Source: Plasmodiophora brassicae (taxonomy: Eukaryota). Taken from it: 64,000 nucleotides of DNA. This document shows positions 48,697 through 63,848 of the stretch, one piece after another. The notes under the pieces were generated by a model. That model saw only the letters and a program-made list of their open reading frames with translations, had not been told where the DNA came from and did not search any database. The translations under genes and the position numbers were made by a program. The stretch covers positions 620,001 through 684,000 of the forward strand of contig CP145414.1 of the NCBI GenBank assembly GCA_036867785.1. The letters are read 5' to 3'. Numbering within the stretch: the stretch's first letter is position 1; each line of letters opens with the position of its first letter.

Positions 48697-49052
48697 TTAT
48701 GACGGGCGACGTACTCGCATTCGCGTGATCAGCGTGGTGAGGGAGACGGCCACCGCCTGGATCGCCGTGTACAGCGCGACGACGTACGCGCGTTGCCACC
48801 CGGGATACATCTTGGGTCGCGGGACGTGCTGCTGGCGAATGCTCTCGACCTCGGTCGCGTCCAGGTCCCTGATTCGCAGGACGCGCGCTGCCACACGTCT
48901 CCGGTTGCGATCCTGCGGCGTCTCCTGGTGCTCGACCTGCGGCCTGGGGGTCTCCATCATCGGGCGCGACTCGAGAATCGGCTCCAGCTCGACGGGCCTC
49001 CGGACCAGTGCGGAACGCGACAGCGGCGGCATCGGCCTCCACTGCTGCATGA
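48697..49052 (-). CDS. Possible small hypothetical protein with C-terminal hydrophobic segment
   Basis: MQQWRPMPPLSR...AYVVALYTAIQAVAVSLTTLI with GC-rich third positions; no family recognised. Confidence 0.35.
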
Positions 49053-49523
49053 CGCGGCAGACAGACCTATTCCTTCCGCGGTCGACACCGCACCGCGGGA
49101 CAAAGGCGCCAACTGACTGACAGCGGCACGCCAACGCGGTCGCCGCAGTCGGGGCGACGCTGCGCAATTTTTCAGCGGACACTGGTCACGCAATCACCCC
49201 GACGGTCAACCATCCCGTCCACGGGAGCGCGCGCGCAGTGACACTCGTCGGGCCGGGGCCGCGCGCCCGCGTCATCACCCCACAACCACCATCATGGATC
49301 AGCAGCACGTCTACACTCGCCACGAGGGATTACAATACACCGGCAGGACCGCATGTCGCCTGGACGTCAGGCGTCGGGTTGGCAACCCAACGTGCGTGAA
49401 CGCTGCCCGACAGAAAGGCCTGGCGCAGTATGACGCGCCGGGCGCGCCGTTTGCCGCCCGCCGTGGTGCTGCAGCGCCCAGTGGCTGCGGAGTATATCGG
49501 GCCCCACCGCGGCGCGGCGCGGT

Positions 49524-51537
<2,014 letters not shown>

Positions 51538-51654
51538 TGTGCTCGCCGCAAGACCTTCTCAATATATGTATCGTTGAGTGACCGTATGCGATCCCTCACT
51601 GGCGTTAACATAGCCATCTGGTACGATCGCCTGCCGACAGTTGTCGTTGGGGTC

Positions 51655-52290
51655 ATGTACAGGTGCTCTGCTCTCGCTGGCGTCGTCGTGGTCGTCCTGC
51701 TCGTCGCGTCGGCGCAGTCGTTCGAGTTCGAAACATGGGGCTTTTCGGGTAAACAGGCCGCGAAGGACGACACGCCGCCAACGGAACCGCCTGTCCCTAC
51801 CGAACCGCCTGCCCCTACCGAACCGCCTGCCCCTACCGAACCGCCTGTTCCCACCGAACCACCTCAGCAAGGTATCCCGACCGTTGAGCCTACGGCCGAC
51901 CCGGTTAAGGTCGCAGGCGAGACAAGCGATTGGGGAGACGACTGGAATGACGATCAGCCGAATGCGGGGGCCGCGACCGAAACGAAGCCGCCAGCGGATG
52001 ATGATGATGACGACAATGCCATCAACCCGTACGTGCTGGATATGATCAGCTACCTGTACGGCAATGACCCGTTCTTCGAGTACTGTGCACCAAAGCCGGA
52101 GCACGGCCCGTGCACGGGCAACTACACGCGGTACGGCTTCTCGTACAAGGAGGGCGCATGTACCCAATTCACCTGGGGCGGGTGCATGGGCGGCCTCAAC
52201 ATGTTCGAGACGGAAGCCAAGTGCATGCAGGCGTGCTGGTATGGACCGTTGCAGCGCAGTGGCATCAACCTGGGGGCAACGGCCTTCTGA
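51655..52290 (+). CDS. Secreted BPTI/Kunitz-type protease inhibitor with Pro/Thr/Glu-rich linker
   Basis: Signal MYRCSALAGVVVVVLLVASAQS and a six-Cys Kunitz domain CAPKPEHGPCTGNYTRYGFSYKEGACTQFTWGGCMGGLNMFETEAKCMQAC. Intronless. Confidence 0.9.
   Translation: MYRCSALAGVVVVVLLVASAQSFEFETWGFSGKQAAKDDTPPTEPPVPTEPPAPTEPPAPTEPPVPTEPPQQGIPTVEPTADPVKVAGETSDWGDDWNDDQPNAGAATETKPPADDDDDDNAINPYVLDMISYLYGNDPFFEYCAPKPEHGPCTGNYTRYGFSYKEGACTQFTWGGCMGGLNMFETEAKCMQACWYGPLQRSGINLGATAF
51778..51864 (+). repeat. Coding 18-bp minisatellite, about 5 units (PTEPPx)
   Basis: Repeated cc(t/c)accgaaccgcctg(c/t)c, encoding PTEPPV PTEPPA PTEPPA PTEPPV PTEPP. Confidence 0.9.
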
Positions 52291-52361
52291 AACAGCGTTG
52301 TGCGATTCCTCATTACATCGCGCCGTCTCTTGTTCCTACGTAGGTCCATATGTGTAGAATA

Positions 52362-55300
52362 TTAGCTGCCGTTGCTGGGACGTGGTAGATGCATCTCGAC
52401 GGTGACGTCCAAGCCCAGATACGTGTCCGAAACGAGGTGGATCATGGGGTCAACAGGTGCCTCCGATGAGCTGCTGTCAGCGGCGATGTTTCGAAGCGGC
52501 AAGGTTACGGTCGATTCCCGGCGAGCGGGTATTCGACCAAACGCGCAGATGCGGCCCAAACGGGTCACCACAATATACCACTACACACGTGTCACGTGAC
52601 GCGCAGGGGCACTTGAAACGCAACGACTGACCGAAGTGCTTTCATTCAGGGTATTCGAACGACCGCAGGAAACCGTTGTTGTGACGGATAGGGACGCCAG
52701 ATCCGGCGCCACTTCGTAGGTGAAGCGGGCGTAAGGCAGAGTAGCGACACACTTCTCCACAGCCTGCACAAGCCATAAGAGCACGGAACCGGAGCAAATG
52801 AGGTCAGCCGGGGCTCACGGCGACGTCGACGTTGTTGTGTCCCTTCAGCATCTTCGTAAGCGTATTACTGTGTGCCATCTCGAGTATATCGCGGACTGTC
52901 GCCGAATGACGTCAGCATTGAGCACCGAACCGCGAAACGTCCCGGCTTACGCTTGACGTTCCGACGCGTAAGCCAGTTCAAAGTGGAACTTGGAAGCGGA
53001 AGCACAGAGCAATCATTTGCGTCCTCTGTAAGCATATGCACTGTTAGTGACGGGGCACAATGCATACACCGTAAGGATGCCCACCTGTACGAGCCTGGTG
53101 AATACACTGCATTAGCGAGATAATGCTGAGCGCTGTCTCTGCCATGTACTCTGACGTGGCCAGCGTCAACATAGCCTGCAGAACTCGCTTCGCCTAGGGC
53201 ATTCGATTCGTTCGTTACAAGGCAGAAATTATATTCCGAGGCGACTTACCTGGTCAAGAACGGTCTTGGTGTCGGTCACGTAGTCCACAACAGGCAGCGG
53301 CAGTCTTTGAAGATGTGCCTGGATGAGCACGAACGCTTTGAAATGCGGGGATTGAGGGTCAGGCGTCCGAATCGATTGCCATCGACATGATTTCGCTAGT
53401 CTGGCGTTAGTATCGTCTTCGCTGTGCCGCACAGGTAGTTCATCGAACTCGCAGGCGGATGCCAACAGGTCGCAAACATCGACGATGTTCATGTTCGCAG
53501 TCATATCACGACGCCAGACGCCGACAGTTTTGAACTTCAGGTAGTAGAACGATGCAATGCCGCCTAGCTCAAGAGGGCCAACTTTCCCTTCTTGTTCATC
53601 GAACTGGATACAGCCTGCGTCCCGCAGATCACACAGGGCTTGGGTTATTGTTTTCAGTAGAAACGACCGTATTCCTAGGTTGCACGCCGGGTTAGAAATT
53701 CGGACAACACAACCCGCGGCCATATCGACACCTTCCGGGCTCGAGTCTTTCAATCCATAGTAGGTGGGATTCTTGGTCAACCTGCGGAAGAGGAACGTCC
53801 ACGACAGGTAATCGACACAGTCAGAAACTGAACGCAAGGTGCCTCCTTGGACTTCAGCGTTAATGTGATCATGTAGTGCGCCCGCCAACGATGACTCCAC
53901 AGGGAAAGGAGAGTACAAGAACTTCATGTAGAACGCCTTCTTCGGTTGATGCACAAGGACGCAAGCGTGTGCTTCTGAGTCCTTGTACTGAGGACGGCCT
54001 GCTCGGCCCATCATTTGAATGATATCAGTTATGGGATAGTCCACGTATTTGTTTTTCGCCGCGTCGTAGTATTCGGTTCCTTTGATAACGCACAGATGAG
54101 CTGGTAGGTTGACACCTGACGCGAAACGTCAGCGGCGACACGTCCTTTACCATGGCAAACGTACCCCATGCTAACGTCGATGTACAAACCAGGACCTGGA
54201 TCTGTCCGGCTGAAAACATGCTTTCCACAAGACGGCGGTCATGATCCTGCAGGCCAGCGTGATGAAGGCCGATTCCGAATTCGAGAGTCTGACGTAGATT
54301 GACATCGGAGACACTGGTAAGCACCTGGGTATCGCTGTCAAGACGGCGAATTCATTGGAACCAGCCGAAGTTACCTGTTGAAGGTCGGCTGTGCTGATAT
54401 GCAGAAACTTGTATGGATGGCCGTCCGCAATGGCCAACGATATGATTCCCAACGCGGTCAGACGCGTTTGCCGCCGGGACGAAACGAATACGATTGCAGG
54501 CTTATCGTGAGAATACGCCATGATGGACGCGTACGTGGGCTTGTTAAGCATCTGCATTCGCGGGCAGTAATGTCGCGAACCGGGGTAGCCTAAGGAGCAC
54601 GTTTAATATGCGAAACCAACAAATGACCTTGGGGAAACTACCGGCAATATGGACAGACAGAGATGTCGGCCTGACGACTGGATGGAAGTTGTAGACGGCA
54701 CGGGGATCAATGTTCAGCCAATCGACGACGTCATCAGGGTTCGCAAGCGATGTAGACAGTCCAACAATACGTATAGGCGACGAAGTTGACGCAGACATCG
54801 AACGGAGACGCGAGACGATGACCTCGAGAACGGGACCGCGATCTGCACCCAGAAGGTGGATTTCGTCAATAATAACGAGGCCACATTGGCGAAGGTAGGA
54901 GCGCGTCCGCCACTTTCTTGACATGCTATCCATCTTCTCCGGGGTTGTCACGAGGATACGAGCACCGCGAAGCTCCGCACTCGTAGGGGACACATCACCT
55001 GGACGAAACGCGTCAGCGAGCGTACAAACAGCAATGCGGCGCACGAACCAGTGATTTCAACGATTTTGACGCCTAGAATCCTGCCGAGAGACAGCCTCCA
55101 GCCGATTAGTCGTTCCCGTGCCAAGGCTTTCAGAGGCGCAATGTAGATCACACTGTGTGCCGAAGGGTCAGCATATAAACCCGTTGCCGATACAATACGA
55201 AATCCTAACGTTTGGTCCGGTTGATCCCGAAACAGCTTTAAAATTGCAAGCTCGGCTACGATTGTCTTGCCGGAACCAGTCGGAGCACCAAGGAGAACAT

Positions 55301-58300
55301 TGCTATCCATGTGGTACATGACGTGGAAGCACTGCGTCTGGACCGTGTTGAACTGTGCGAATACCGTCAGAGGCTGCCGGGAAGAACAACAACAGCGAAC
55401 GAAGAGGAACCTGTCCAAAGGAGTAGAGCTTCTCGAACTGACGGTTGTTTAACGCCGTAACTGGTAATGGATGCAAATCCAGCAGAGTGGTGTGGGGAGG
55501 ACCTGCAAGGATATTAGTCCCAGTTTCTAGCGCGGGCAATCCCCACGACAAACTTGGATCAGGTAATACAACGCCATCGAAGGAAATTCGTTCAGCGGTT
55601 TCAGACCCGATCCAAATATCGCTGTCTACCGAGACGAACAGATTTTCCGGCAGCGCCGCTCCATCGGCGACTGACACATAGAAGTCCACCTCATACAATC
55701 CATTTTCGAAATCCGCCCTGTGAAAGATGATCTCTTCGGCGTGATGAACGCCTTCAAACGAATCGCTTTCAAATGCCAGTAGCCGGAAGATCTGGACATA
55801 GCCATGAAATCTTTCTGCCCAGTGAAAGTCAGGGCGCAGATCCAAGTGGACTCTAAGCAAGCCATTAAACAAAAGTCGAGCAAACGATTCTGCAGTGATC
55901 TGACCGGCACACGGTATGGTTGATCGGTTGGATCCTCCATTCGATGAACAGACGTGGTACACAACGTGCCATTTTCTTAACAACGGATCCTTGTCCTCGG
56001 GATGGTAACAGCTCGCCAAGTTCAGCAGTACCGAGTTCGATGATTCGCGAGAACGTCAGCCCGCGCTCTTCGATTTGATGCGCGAGTTCCATGTTGATAG
56101 CAGAAGGGAACTGGCGAAGTGGTGTCTCGAAATCCCACATGCGCTTGTCTATCATTTTACAGAAAGCGAGCAGGCGCAAAGACAAGTGGCTCCATCCTCT
56201 CTTCAAAGCGATCTCAAAGAGAGCACGACAAATCCGCCCAGCACTGCGTCCCGTACAAGTCAATGACTTGGAAGCAATCGTTCACCTTCACATTCGTACC
56301 TTTGAATGACATAGTTCGTATCTGACGACAAAGATGGCATTGTAACCCGATGCCGAGAGATGTACGCTTGAAGAAGAATGTTGACCTTATCCCGGGTATC
56401 CAGCAGATGGGTAACCTCAACTGGGCATGATTGCTGTCGAAGGTCTTCCAGATCGGGGATTTCTTCGTTACGAAGCTTGAGCTGTTTGACTGTTAGCAAA
56501 TGCACGGAAACGAGCTTCAAGAAGTGACCTACTTGTGCGAACTCCCGCGAATCAGCGATCACATTAAGAATGACGTCGTCATCCACTGTGGTAGCGCTCA
56601 GACGCTTATTGTAAAGCTCAATGGACCAGTGAGACACGTAGAAGAACGATGCAGTGCGGCCGAGGTCAGTTGGAAAGAATAGATCTGACCCAACGGGCAC
56701 TTTCAGCATACGACACTCGACCAGCCTCGCAACGGCATCGTCGATCAGCATTCTGCATCGTCCGGCAAGGGTAGGGTCATGTTGAATTTCAGCATATTCG
56801 ACCCCGTAGTGCATGGGGTTCCTCAGCATGCGGATATACAGATACGTGTACCGAATCCATCTCAGTGCTTCCTGGACGTTGGCGACCGTTCCAAGGTTGA
56901 TTTCGGCATTGAGGTTGTCCGCCAGCGTCTCAATCAGACGACTTTCGATTGGCATCTGATGGGTCAACAGGCGGAGGTAGTGTGCGAGTTTGTCATGAGT
57001 CGTGATGATAATCCCTTCTCCAGACGTGTCGTACTGAGGACGCCCAGCACGACCGAAGATCTGCATGACGTCCAGCATTGATAGGTCCACGTACCCACCT
57101 TGCTGTGCATCATAGATCTGTGTCCCTTTAATGATGACCCTGTCAAACAAACTTGCTTAGAGCACACGCAAGGTTACGAAAGTACAACCCTTAGTACGTG
57201 TGAGCAGGTAAATTGACACCTAAGTACCGATGCTGTCAGAACAACCGCTGAGAGGCAACTGGAAGTACCTACCCCAGGCTAATGTCGCTGTTGTACAAAT
57301 GACCCGCAAGACACCACTCTCAAAATGCGATTCGACAAGGCGTCGATCTTCACGAAGCATGCCTGCGTGATGGATGCCGATTCCAAATGACGCCACCTTT
57401 CGTAGTTCAGGACTCCCACACTGCAAACCGTTTACGATCGATCTGGGGATAACTAGCTGGGCAACTCACTTTTGCAAACTTCGCTCTGGCGGCGCCTTGA
57501 GTAGAAGACTCCAGGAGATGCAGAGTTTCGTTCTCCGTTGCACGCTCGATCATCGCTTCAGCGGTAGCCGCTGTATCCTTTCGTGAATGAACGAAGATCA
57601 TCACCTGAACCATGTTCCAAGAAAATGTTTAGCATCAATTGCGGAACATGCCGATAAATATCAGACCTGGAAACCAGATTCCAGGGCAGCAACAAGCTTG
57701 TCGTAACATATCGAATTCAGAAGAAGCGCTCGCCGCGCAGCGTTAGGATGCGATATTCCGATATACGTTTGGGATAGTGGGACGGGGCGGTATGATGGGT
57801 CGAATACAAGCAACCCTGAAGATGTCTCAATCGGAATAGAATGTTATGGGCGAGACAAACGTAACACAAACCTGTTTGCGGGTTAACTCGAAGGAATGCA
57901 GCGACGTCCGCATAGTTGGGCAATGTAGCACTGAGGCCGACGATACGAATCATAGATTGCGAAGACTCAACCTGACGGATCGTTCTGGCGACCAATATTT
58001 CGATAACGGACCCTCGCGTATCGTGCAGGATATGGACCTGGAAGTCGTGACGAGACGCTTCAATCACACTGGACCTTTGTCGAATAACATCGTGTTACCT
58101 CATCAAATATGAGGAGACGGACGAGTGAGATAAAATCGTTGCTCTTCCTAGTGATGACATCCCATTTCTCAGGTGTTGTGACCTATTTCATAATCAGTTT
58201 CGACATCTGCAACGCCAAATTGGGCAACGTACAATGATATGGGTTTCTTCGATTTCCTTCTTACTGAGCTGCATATCTCCTGTCAGCTCTCGCACCAAAA

Positions 58301-60089
58301 TCTTAAGAAACGACAGCGCGCGTGAAAACTTGGCGACAATCTCCTGAGCTAACGCTTTCATTGGGGCGACATAGACAACCTACTGCACAGTCAGCAACCT
58401 GCACCATCAAGTGTACGATGGAAGCATCCCCTACTTTGAACATGTCCGCTGACACTGAACCCGGAATGACAGCACCCTTTATGTCGGCAGGAACGTGCTG
58501 CTTGATTTCGTGTAGAACGCATAACAATGCTACATTTGTCTTGCCTATAGGAAAATGGACGATACCTGAGTGATCGTCGTTGCCACATGGCGAAAGCATT
58601 TCAAGACATTACCTGCCCCAGTCGGGGCGCAGATCAGCAAGTTCTCGTTGGATCGGTAGGCTGGTTCAAAGCAGCGCGATTGCATGCGGTTGAAGAGAGT
58701 GACCTCTCTGAACGCTGGACGCGCCCATACGTCAAGCTGCGCTATTGATATCAGGGTGGATTCAAAAGTCGACTTATCAGGTGGCATGACAGCAGGAATG
58801 CTGATCTGAATCCGAGGTTTAGGATGACAATCAAAGTTTAGCATTCATAGAAGCAAACCTGTTCCCAGCCTTCGAAGGTTTCACGTGTGGTACCGGTCGG
58901 CAACGTTACCCGCTGATTGCCAATTCCGAAATCAGCCCTTCTAAGGGCGTCAAGAGGAGACACTTCCGATTCAGCTGCAGTCTGTTCATTTCGTGAGAAA
59001 CGAATTAGCGCAAATGGAGCAGACAAACGTCATACCAGTTTGGCGTTGACGTCCGGACGTGTCCCTCTCATCATCTTTCTCTGTTCCTGTCGTTTGCGTC
59101 TGAACTGCTGTTTTGAGCCGCGAGATGTGACAGTAACCTGGCCGGTAGGGAATATCAGCTTAACTAATTCGATAAAATGGGGCATCGCGGCTAACCGATG
59201 AATGCGGAACAGCAGCCAGTGACCCGCCAGTGACCTGGCAGCCAGCACGAGACGCTGATCGAATTGCTTGACGCCGTTCAATGATCTGAGAAATATCATC
59301 AAACCCTTCGATGCCGATTAAATCGAATAGCTCCATTTGGATTTCGTCATCTGTTTTTGTAGAGCACAAGATCTGATGCAGGGCATCAATAAGAAGAGAG
59401 AGAGAGGCTCTAAAAAGAATGTCTCCCGACCTTAACGACCGCTTCGTAAAGGTGTTGTGCAGGCATAACTGCAGCACCATCAACGCCAACGCGCTCAAGT
59501 CGGCCACAGGTTGCCTCAAGCCAGTTGACGGGCGATTCTTCATCGCCAGGGGGCGGTAAATAAGTCTCTGCCGCAGAAGTACCAACTCCTGAAACTGGTT
59601 CTACAGCGTCTTTGGGACCTCATTAGCGGGACAATTCTTTGACGCATCAGCGGAAATTACCATGTGGTAACGCAGACAGATGTGCGAGTCTTGCACATTC
59701 CTCGGCATCGCGAGTGAGCGGCAGAGATTCCACATTAGGCAAATCGAGCCCTAGCAATGATCTGGCATTGCCAACCCACTTGTGAATAGCCACCATCAGC
59801 TCGAACGCCTTGTCGATCTTGCCCTGGTCACCGCCACTGCCGACGACTTCGGCCAACAGCATTTTCGGCATCACTTCACGACCATATTCGACAGTGGCGA
59901 ACACAGTCTGGCCGACAAACTCATTCATCTGGGTCAACAACGAGTACAGCCGGCGACGCGATTCGGCAATGGCCAGGTATCCATCCAGGCGCCTGAAGCC
60001 TATACGGCCGCCGTCAGGAATCAACACCAGGAACGGGCAGCGATCGCAAGTGCATTACGGTCGGGCAGGTCTGCAGGCGCAGTCGACAT
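52362..60089 (-). CDS. ASCC3: ASCC3/Slh1-type Ski2-like helicase with two helicase-Sec63 cassettes
   Basis: Cassette 1: FNRMQS...[60 protein letters not shown]. Cassette 2: FNTVQTQ...[72 protein letters not shown]-terminal SDTYLGLD. Confidence 0.93.
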
Positions 60090-60149
60090 CGCGCCGCTAT
60101 ACGGAGCAACGAGTAATGACGCTTCCGCCTTCCGCACACGCACTGCCGA

Positions 60150-61487
60150 ATGACTGCACGGGTGAAGCGATTATGGAAACGGGCCGGCTGGCGCAGACTG
60201 CGGCGATTCGTGCGATGCGCCAATGATTCTGGTGCCGAATGGGCGTGCCGACTTCAGCGGTTCCTGAGATGCTGTACAGCAATCCACGATTCCCTGTGCC
60301 GAAGCACCTATGACGCGTACGTTCGAATGGCGCTCGCCCATTCGGATGTCTGGCTAGACGGTCTGAATGCGTTGCGGTCTCAGCTAGCGACGATGCCTGG
60401 TGTTCAGATATGGACGAGGTCAGCAAATACATGAACAGGTCGCCTTACCCGCGTATGCATCTCGCGAAACTCCCGGACACGATCGTCGAGCTGACCAACA
60501 CCAAGGTCTACACACACGAGAAAGAGGTCGACAAGCGCGAGATTCTACTACGGTTGGCCCAGCGCAAGCTCGAGAACGACAAGCGACGGTCCAAGTACGA
60601 CTGTCCGGGTCATTCGTACATTCAGGGCGACCGTTCGTTGACAAGGCGGACGATAATGTTTAACCGGAGCTTACATAGCCCATGTCTGGTCTCTGGCAGG
60701 TCGATTGGATATCAGACGAGGGCGGGTCCGTACGGCGGCGCCAGAAATGCAGGCGTTAGCACGGCGTGCCCTTCGCCGGTCCCTGTCGACGTGTCCTGTA
60801 CGAGCAGCGGTCATGTCCTGGATCAACAATGTCGTCGTGAAGAACAGTCTGTGTCCATTTGCCCGCCAAGCCGTCGACAACGGTGCCCTGCGTTTGGTCG
60901 TGAGGTGCACGTCCTGCGCTGACGTATCTGGCATGCTGAGCATCTCACAGTGGCGATCCGTGTTAGTGAGGAGACCGATGCGTCCCAGATTGCGAGCCAC
61001 GTCTTCCAGGAGTGCAAACGTATACAGCAGCTTCCTGACGACATTCGGGAAACGACGATTATTGTGACGCCAAACGGCCTGTCCAGATTCGCCGAGTACC
61101 TCGCCTGTGTCAATGTGATCGAGAAGATACTCGACAAGACGCACTACGACGAGTTTGTCCAGGTTGCGACGTTTCATCCCGACTACGAGTTTCAGGGTTT
61201 GGATTCCGAACCTACTGTTATCTGCCGTTGCTGATACGCAGATCATCGTTCTAGATTGCGAACCTGACGACCCGGCAAACTATACGAACCGGTCACCGTT
61301 CCCGATGATCCATTTGCTGAGGTCGAAGGAAGTCTTCTATGCTGTTCACAGCCTTCCTGATCCCGACGAGGTATGGCAACGAAATCAAGCTGTCATGCGC
61401 GAGAAAGGTCTAGAGCAGGTCCAGCGAGATCTTGAAGATTGTCGATGCCCCATTTCGAAGCAGGACAACCAATCAGATGTACATTAA
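60150..61487 (+). CDS. DUF1415-family protein with a partial N-terminal duplicate of the domain
   Basis: SWINNVVVKNSLCPFA, VQVATFHPDYEF and DDPANYTNRSPFPMIHLLR. Upstream exons carry a second YVRMALAHSD...SKYMNRSPYPRMHL. The start is uncertain. Confidence 0.75.
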
Positions 61488-61519
61488 TTTGTCTGCGACG
61501 GCTCATCGCCCACTTGCTG

Positions 61520-62640
61520 CGAACGCCTGTCTGCAACGGTCGCCCTTAGTGTCAGGGCTCGTAGAAAGACATCTGCCGTTACCATCCCTTATGTGGAGTA
61601 TGTTTCAGCCTGGGAATAGGACCGCCACATCCGACCCATGTCTTTGCTCAAGAATTGCCCAAGAAGGTGGTCAGGGACAGGTCGGACACGACCTTGTTTT
61701 GTGCCGGTCGCCATGCCGATTTCCACATTTGGCACGTTGCCTACATAGATTCAGGAGATGGCCGCACAGCGTCGCGCTAGCTTCTGTCGCATTCAGGACA
61801 ATGCCATTGAAGACATTCGTCCGAATCCTACTTCTGTCTTGCACCGGGCGTCTCGTCAACCGGGTCTGTTTCGAATCGGCTGACAACTCGAGGGGGCTGT
61901 ATGCCATCATGTTAGCCGGCATTATCACAGAAAGGTCTTCGGTAATAGGGTGCTTGCTGAGAAGTCGGAGGCGTCCTGTTATGTCCATTATCGCTGTCTG
62001 AAGTACTTCTGTGCCATGATCGGCGACTACAAATCACTGATTTTGCTTGGTGATAGCGTTCCCAAGTACGCCCACCCCATGCTAGACTGCACGATTGTAC
62101 GCTACATGGACTGGAAGACCGGCGAAGAAGGATCTGCACTGCTTGACGTTAATGGCGCCCCAGTAGTTGACGTACGGTAACGCTGTCGTATGCGACGGGC
62201 AGTGGAAGAACCCGGGAACGCTTGTCCAGTTTCTAGCCGCGGTTTCGAACGCACACAAGAATGTCTTTGATCCTGCCTGAACCTATCGAAACGTTCCTAA
62301 TGTCATGGGTTCCTTTGGGGACACAATCGAGTCACCCGTGGGGACGTATCCACGCAGGATGACCTTGCTCAACCGGGCGTAGGCATCCATAACGTATTGA
62401 ATGTTTCCGCATTGACCCAACATAGGCATCCGTCCAGCATGGTGGCGACAGCCGCTGACCGACCCCTCGTTTCGTACAGTTGGACACATTGGTCGCATGG
62501 TTCGGCGTCAGCGTTCAACGTCGATAACTGGGGCGCCATTAAAGTCAAGCAGTGCAGATCGACTAGAACACACCTGAAGATGTGTCCTACCGGAGCATAT
62601 CATGGGCAACACGTCAGCGGATGCCGTACGTTCCCAAACG
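61520..62640. mobile_element. Degenerate, rearranged transposon-like remnant (possibly Crypton/tyrosine-recombinase type)
   Basis: Broken ORF pieces on both strands (YFCAMIGDYKSLILL...IVRYMDWK...VVDV...GQWKNP; CRHHAG...GYVPTGDS). An inverted copy of about 50 bp (62130-62180 vs 62511-62560) encodes SALLDxNGAPVxDV twice. The family assignment is from memory only. Confidence 0.35.
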
Positions 62641-62741
62641 TATCGTTGTTGATGCGCGCTCGAACGTGGGGAGGTTGGAGTCGAATGGAATTTCATCTCT
62701 TTATGGAGCGCACCACTGACTTGCAGGATGGTGTTGCCGGA

Positions 62742-63848
62742 TTATGACGGGGTGGTCGATCGCCGCTCAATGGCACGAACATGGTCGACATTGACCAGAG
62801 CGAATCCGGCAATGACCAGAGCAGACCCGAGCGCGTACAGTGCTCCTGGAACGGCATCCTTCAACGCAAAGTCGCATAGCATCGCCAGCGGGATCGACAT
62901 TGACAACCCAACCTGGGCAGCGGCTCAGCACACACACATATAGCACGCCTGGAGTAGATGACTCCTGTTTACGGTGGCAATGAGCGGCGACGTCATGACG
63001 ATTGACTGCGCCCACAGCAGGTCGCTGAAGACGGACAACAGAGCGTTGAGAAGGAGACCTTGCCAGGCAGCCGCGGTCGGGAACGTCACCATCCTTAACG
63101 TGGAGAAGTGCAGAACAATGAGGACCGGGGCGCCGATGCCGACGACCCAGGTGCCCATCCAGCCGAACATTCTCGACATGCTAAGTCGGCGCCATTCACT
63201 GCCGACCTGCTGCTTCAGACCGACGGTGTATACACCGGACAGAGCCGCAGACAGCAAGGCGGCCATATCCCCAAGCGTCGTTGACGATCCCGCATCCTTC
63301 TCACTGTCTTGGAGCGACACGATGCACGCTCCGGCGAAGGCAGCGAACACGCCAGCGACCTTCGTTACGGTGAACGATCGCGGAATGAGAAGGAGCGAGA
63401 ATATCAGGGCGAACACGGGAGCGCTAGACGACAGGATGGTGGTCGAGCTGAGCGTTGTTCGCGACAACGACCAGTTGTAGCAATACGACAGCGCGAACCA
63501 CAACGGCATGAACCGGATCGCAATCCGGTTCGTCTCTCGAACGGACAGCACATCTGGCGTCGGGCGACCGCACACCAGGAATCGCACTTGGAACAACGCG
63601 AACGATGCCGCATTGACGAACGTCAGAAACAGCGGGTCATCAAATTGCAGTTGCCCGAATATCCTCTACGACGCGCGACCGTCACCGACGGCGACGGCCC
63701 GGCGCCAGGCCCGTACCTGAGTCAGGACGCCGGACACGACCCACAGCGCGACCACCAACGCGAGCAGCACGCTGCCGCACACGAAATCGTGCCGCCGGCG
63801 CTCCAGGAGCGGCTCGCGGGCCGCCCCGGCCCCACTCAGCTCCATCAT
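62742..63848 (-). CDS. SLC35F5/THI74-like drug/metabolite transporter (EamA) family protein
   Basis: LLALVVALWVVSGVLTQ, PLWFALSYCYNWSLSRTTLSSTTILSSSAPVF, GDMAALLSA and SDLLWAQSIVMTSPLIATV...GLSMSIPLAM. Confidence 0.88.

Noticed and set aside
51778-51864. Short regular repeats as a CRISPR-like array
   Set aside because: Contiguous 18-bp units with no unique spacers, in frame within a eukaryotic CDS.
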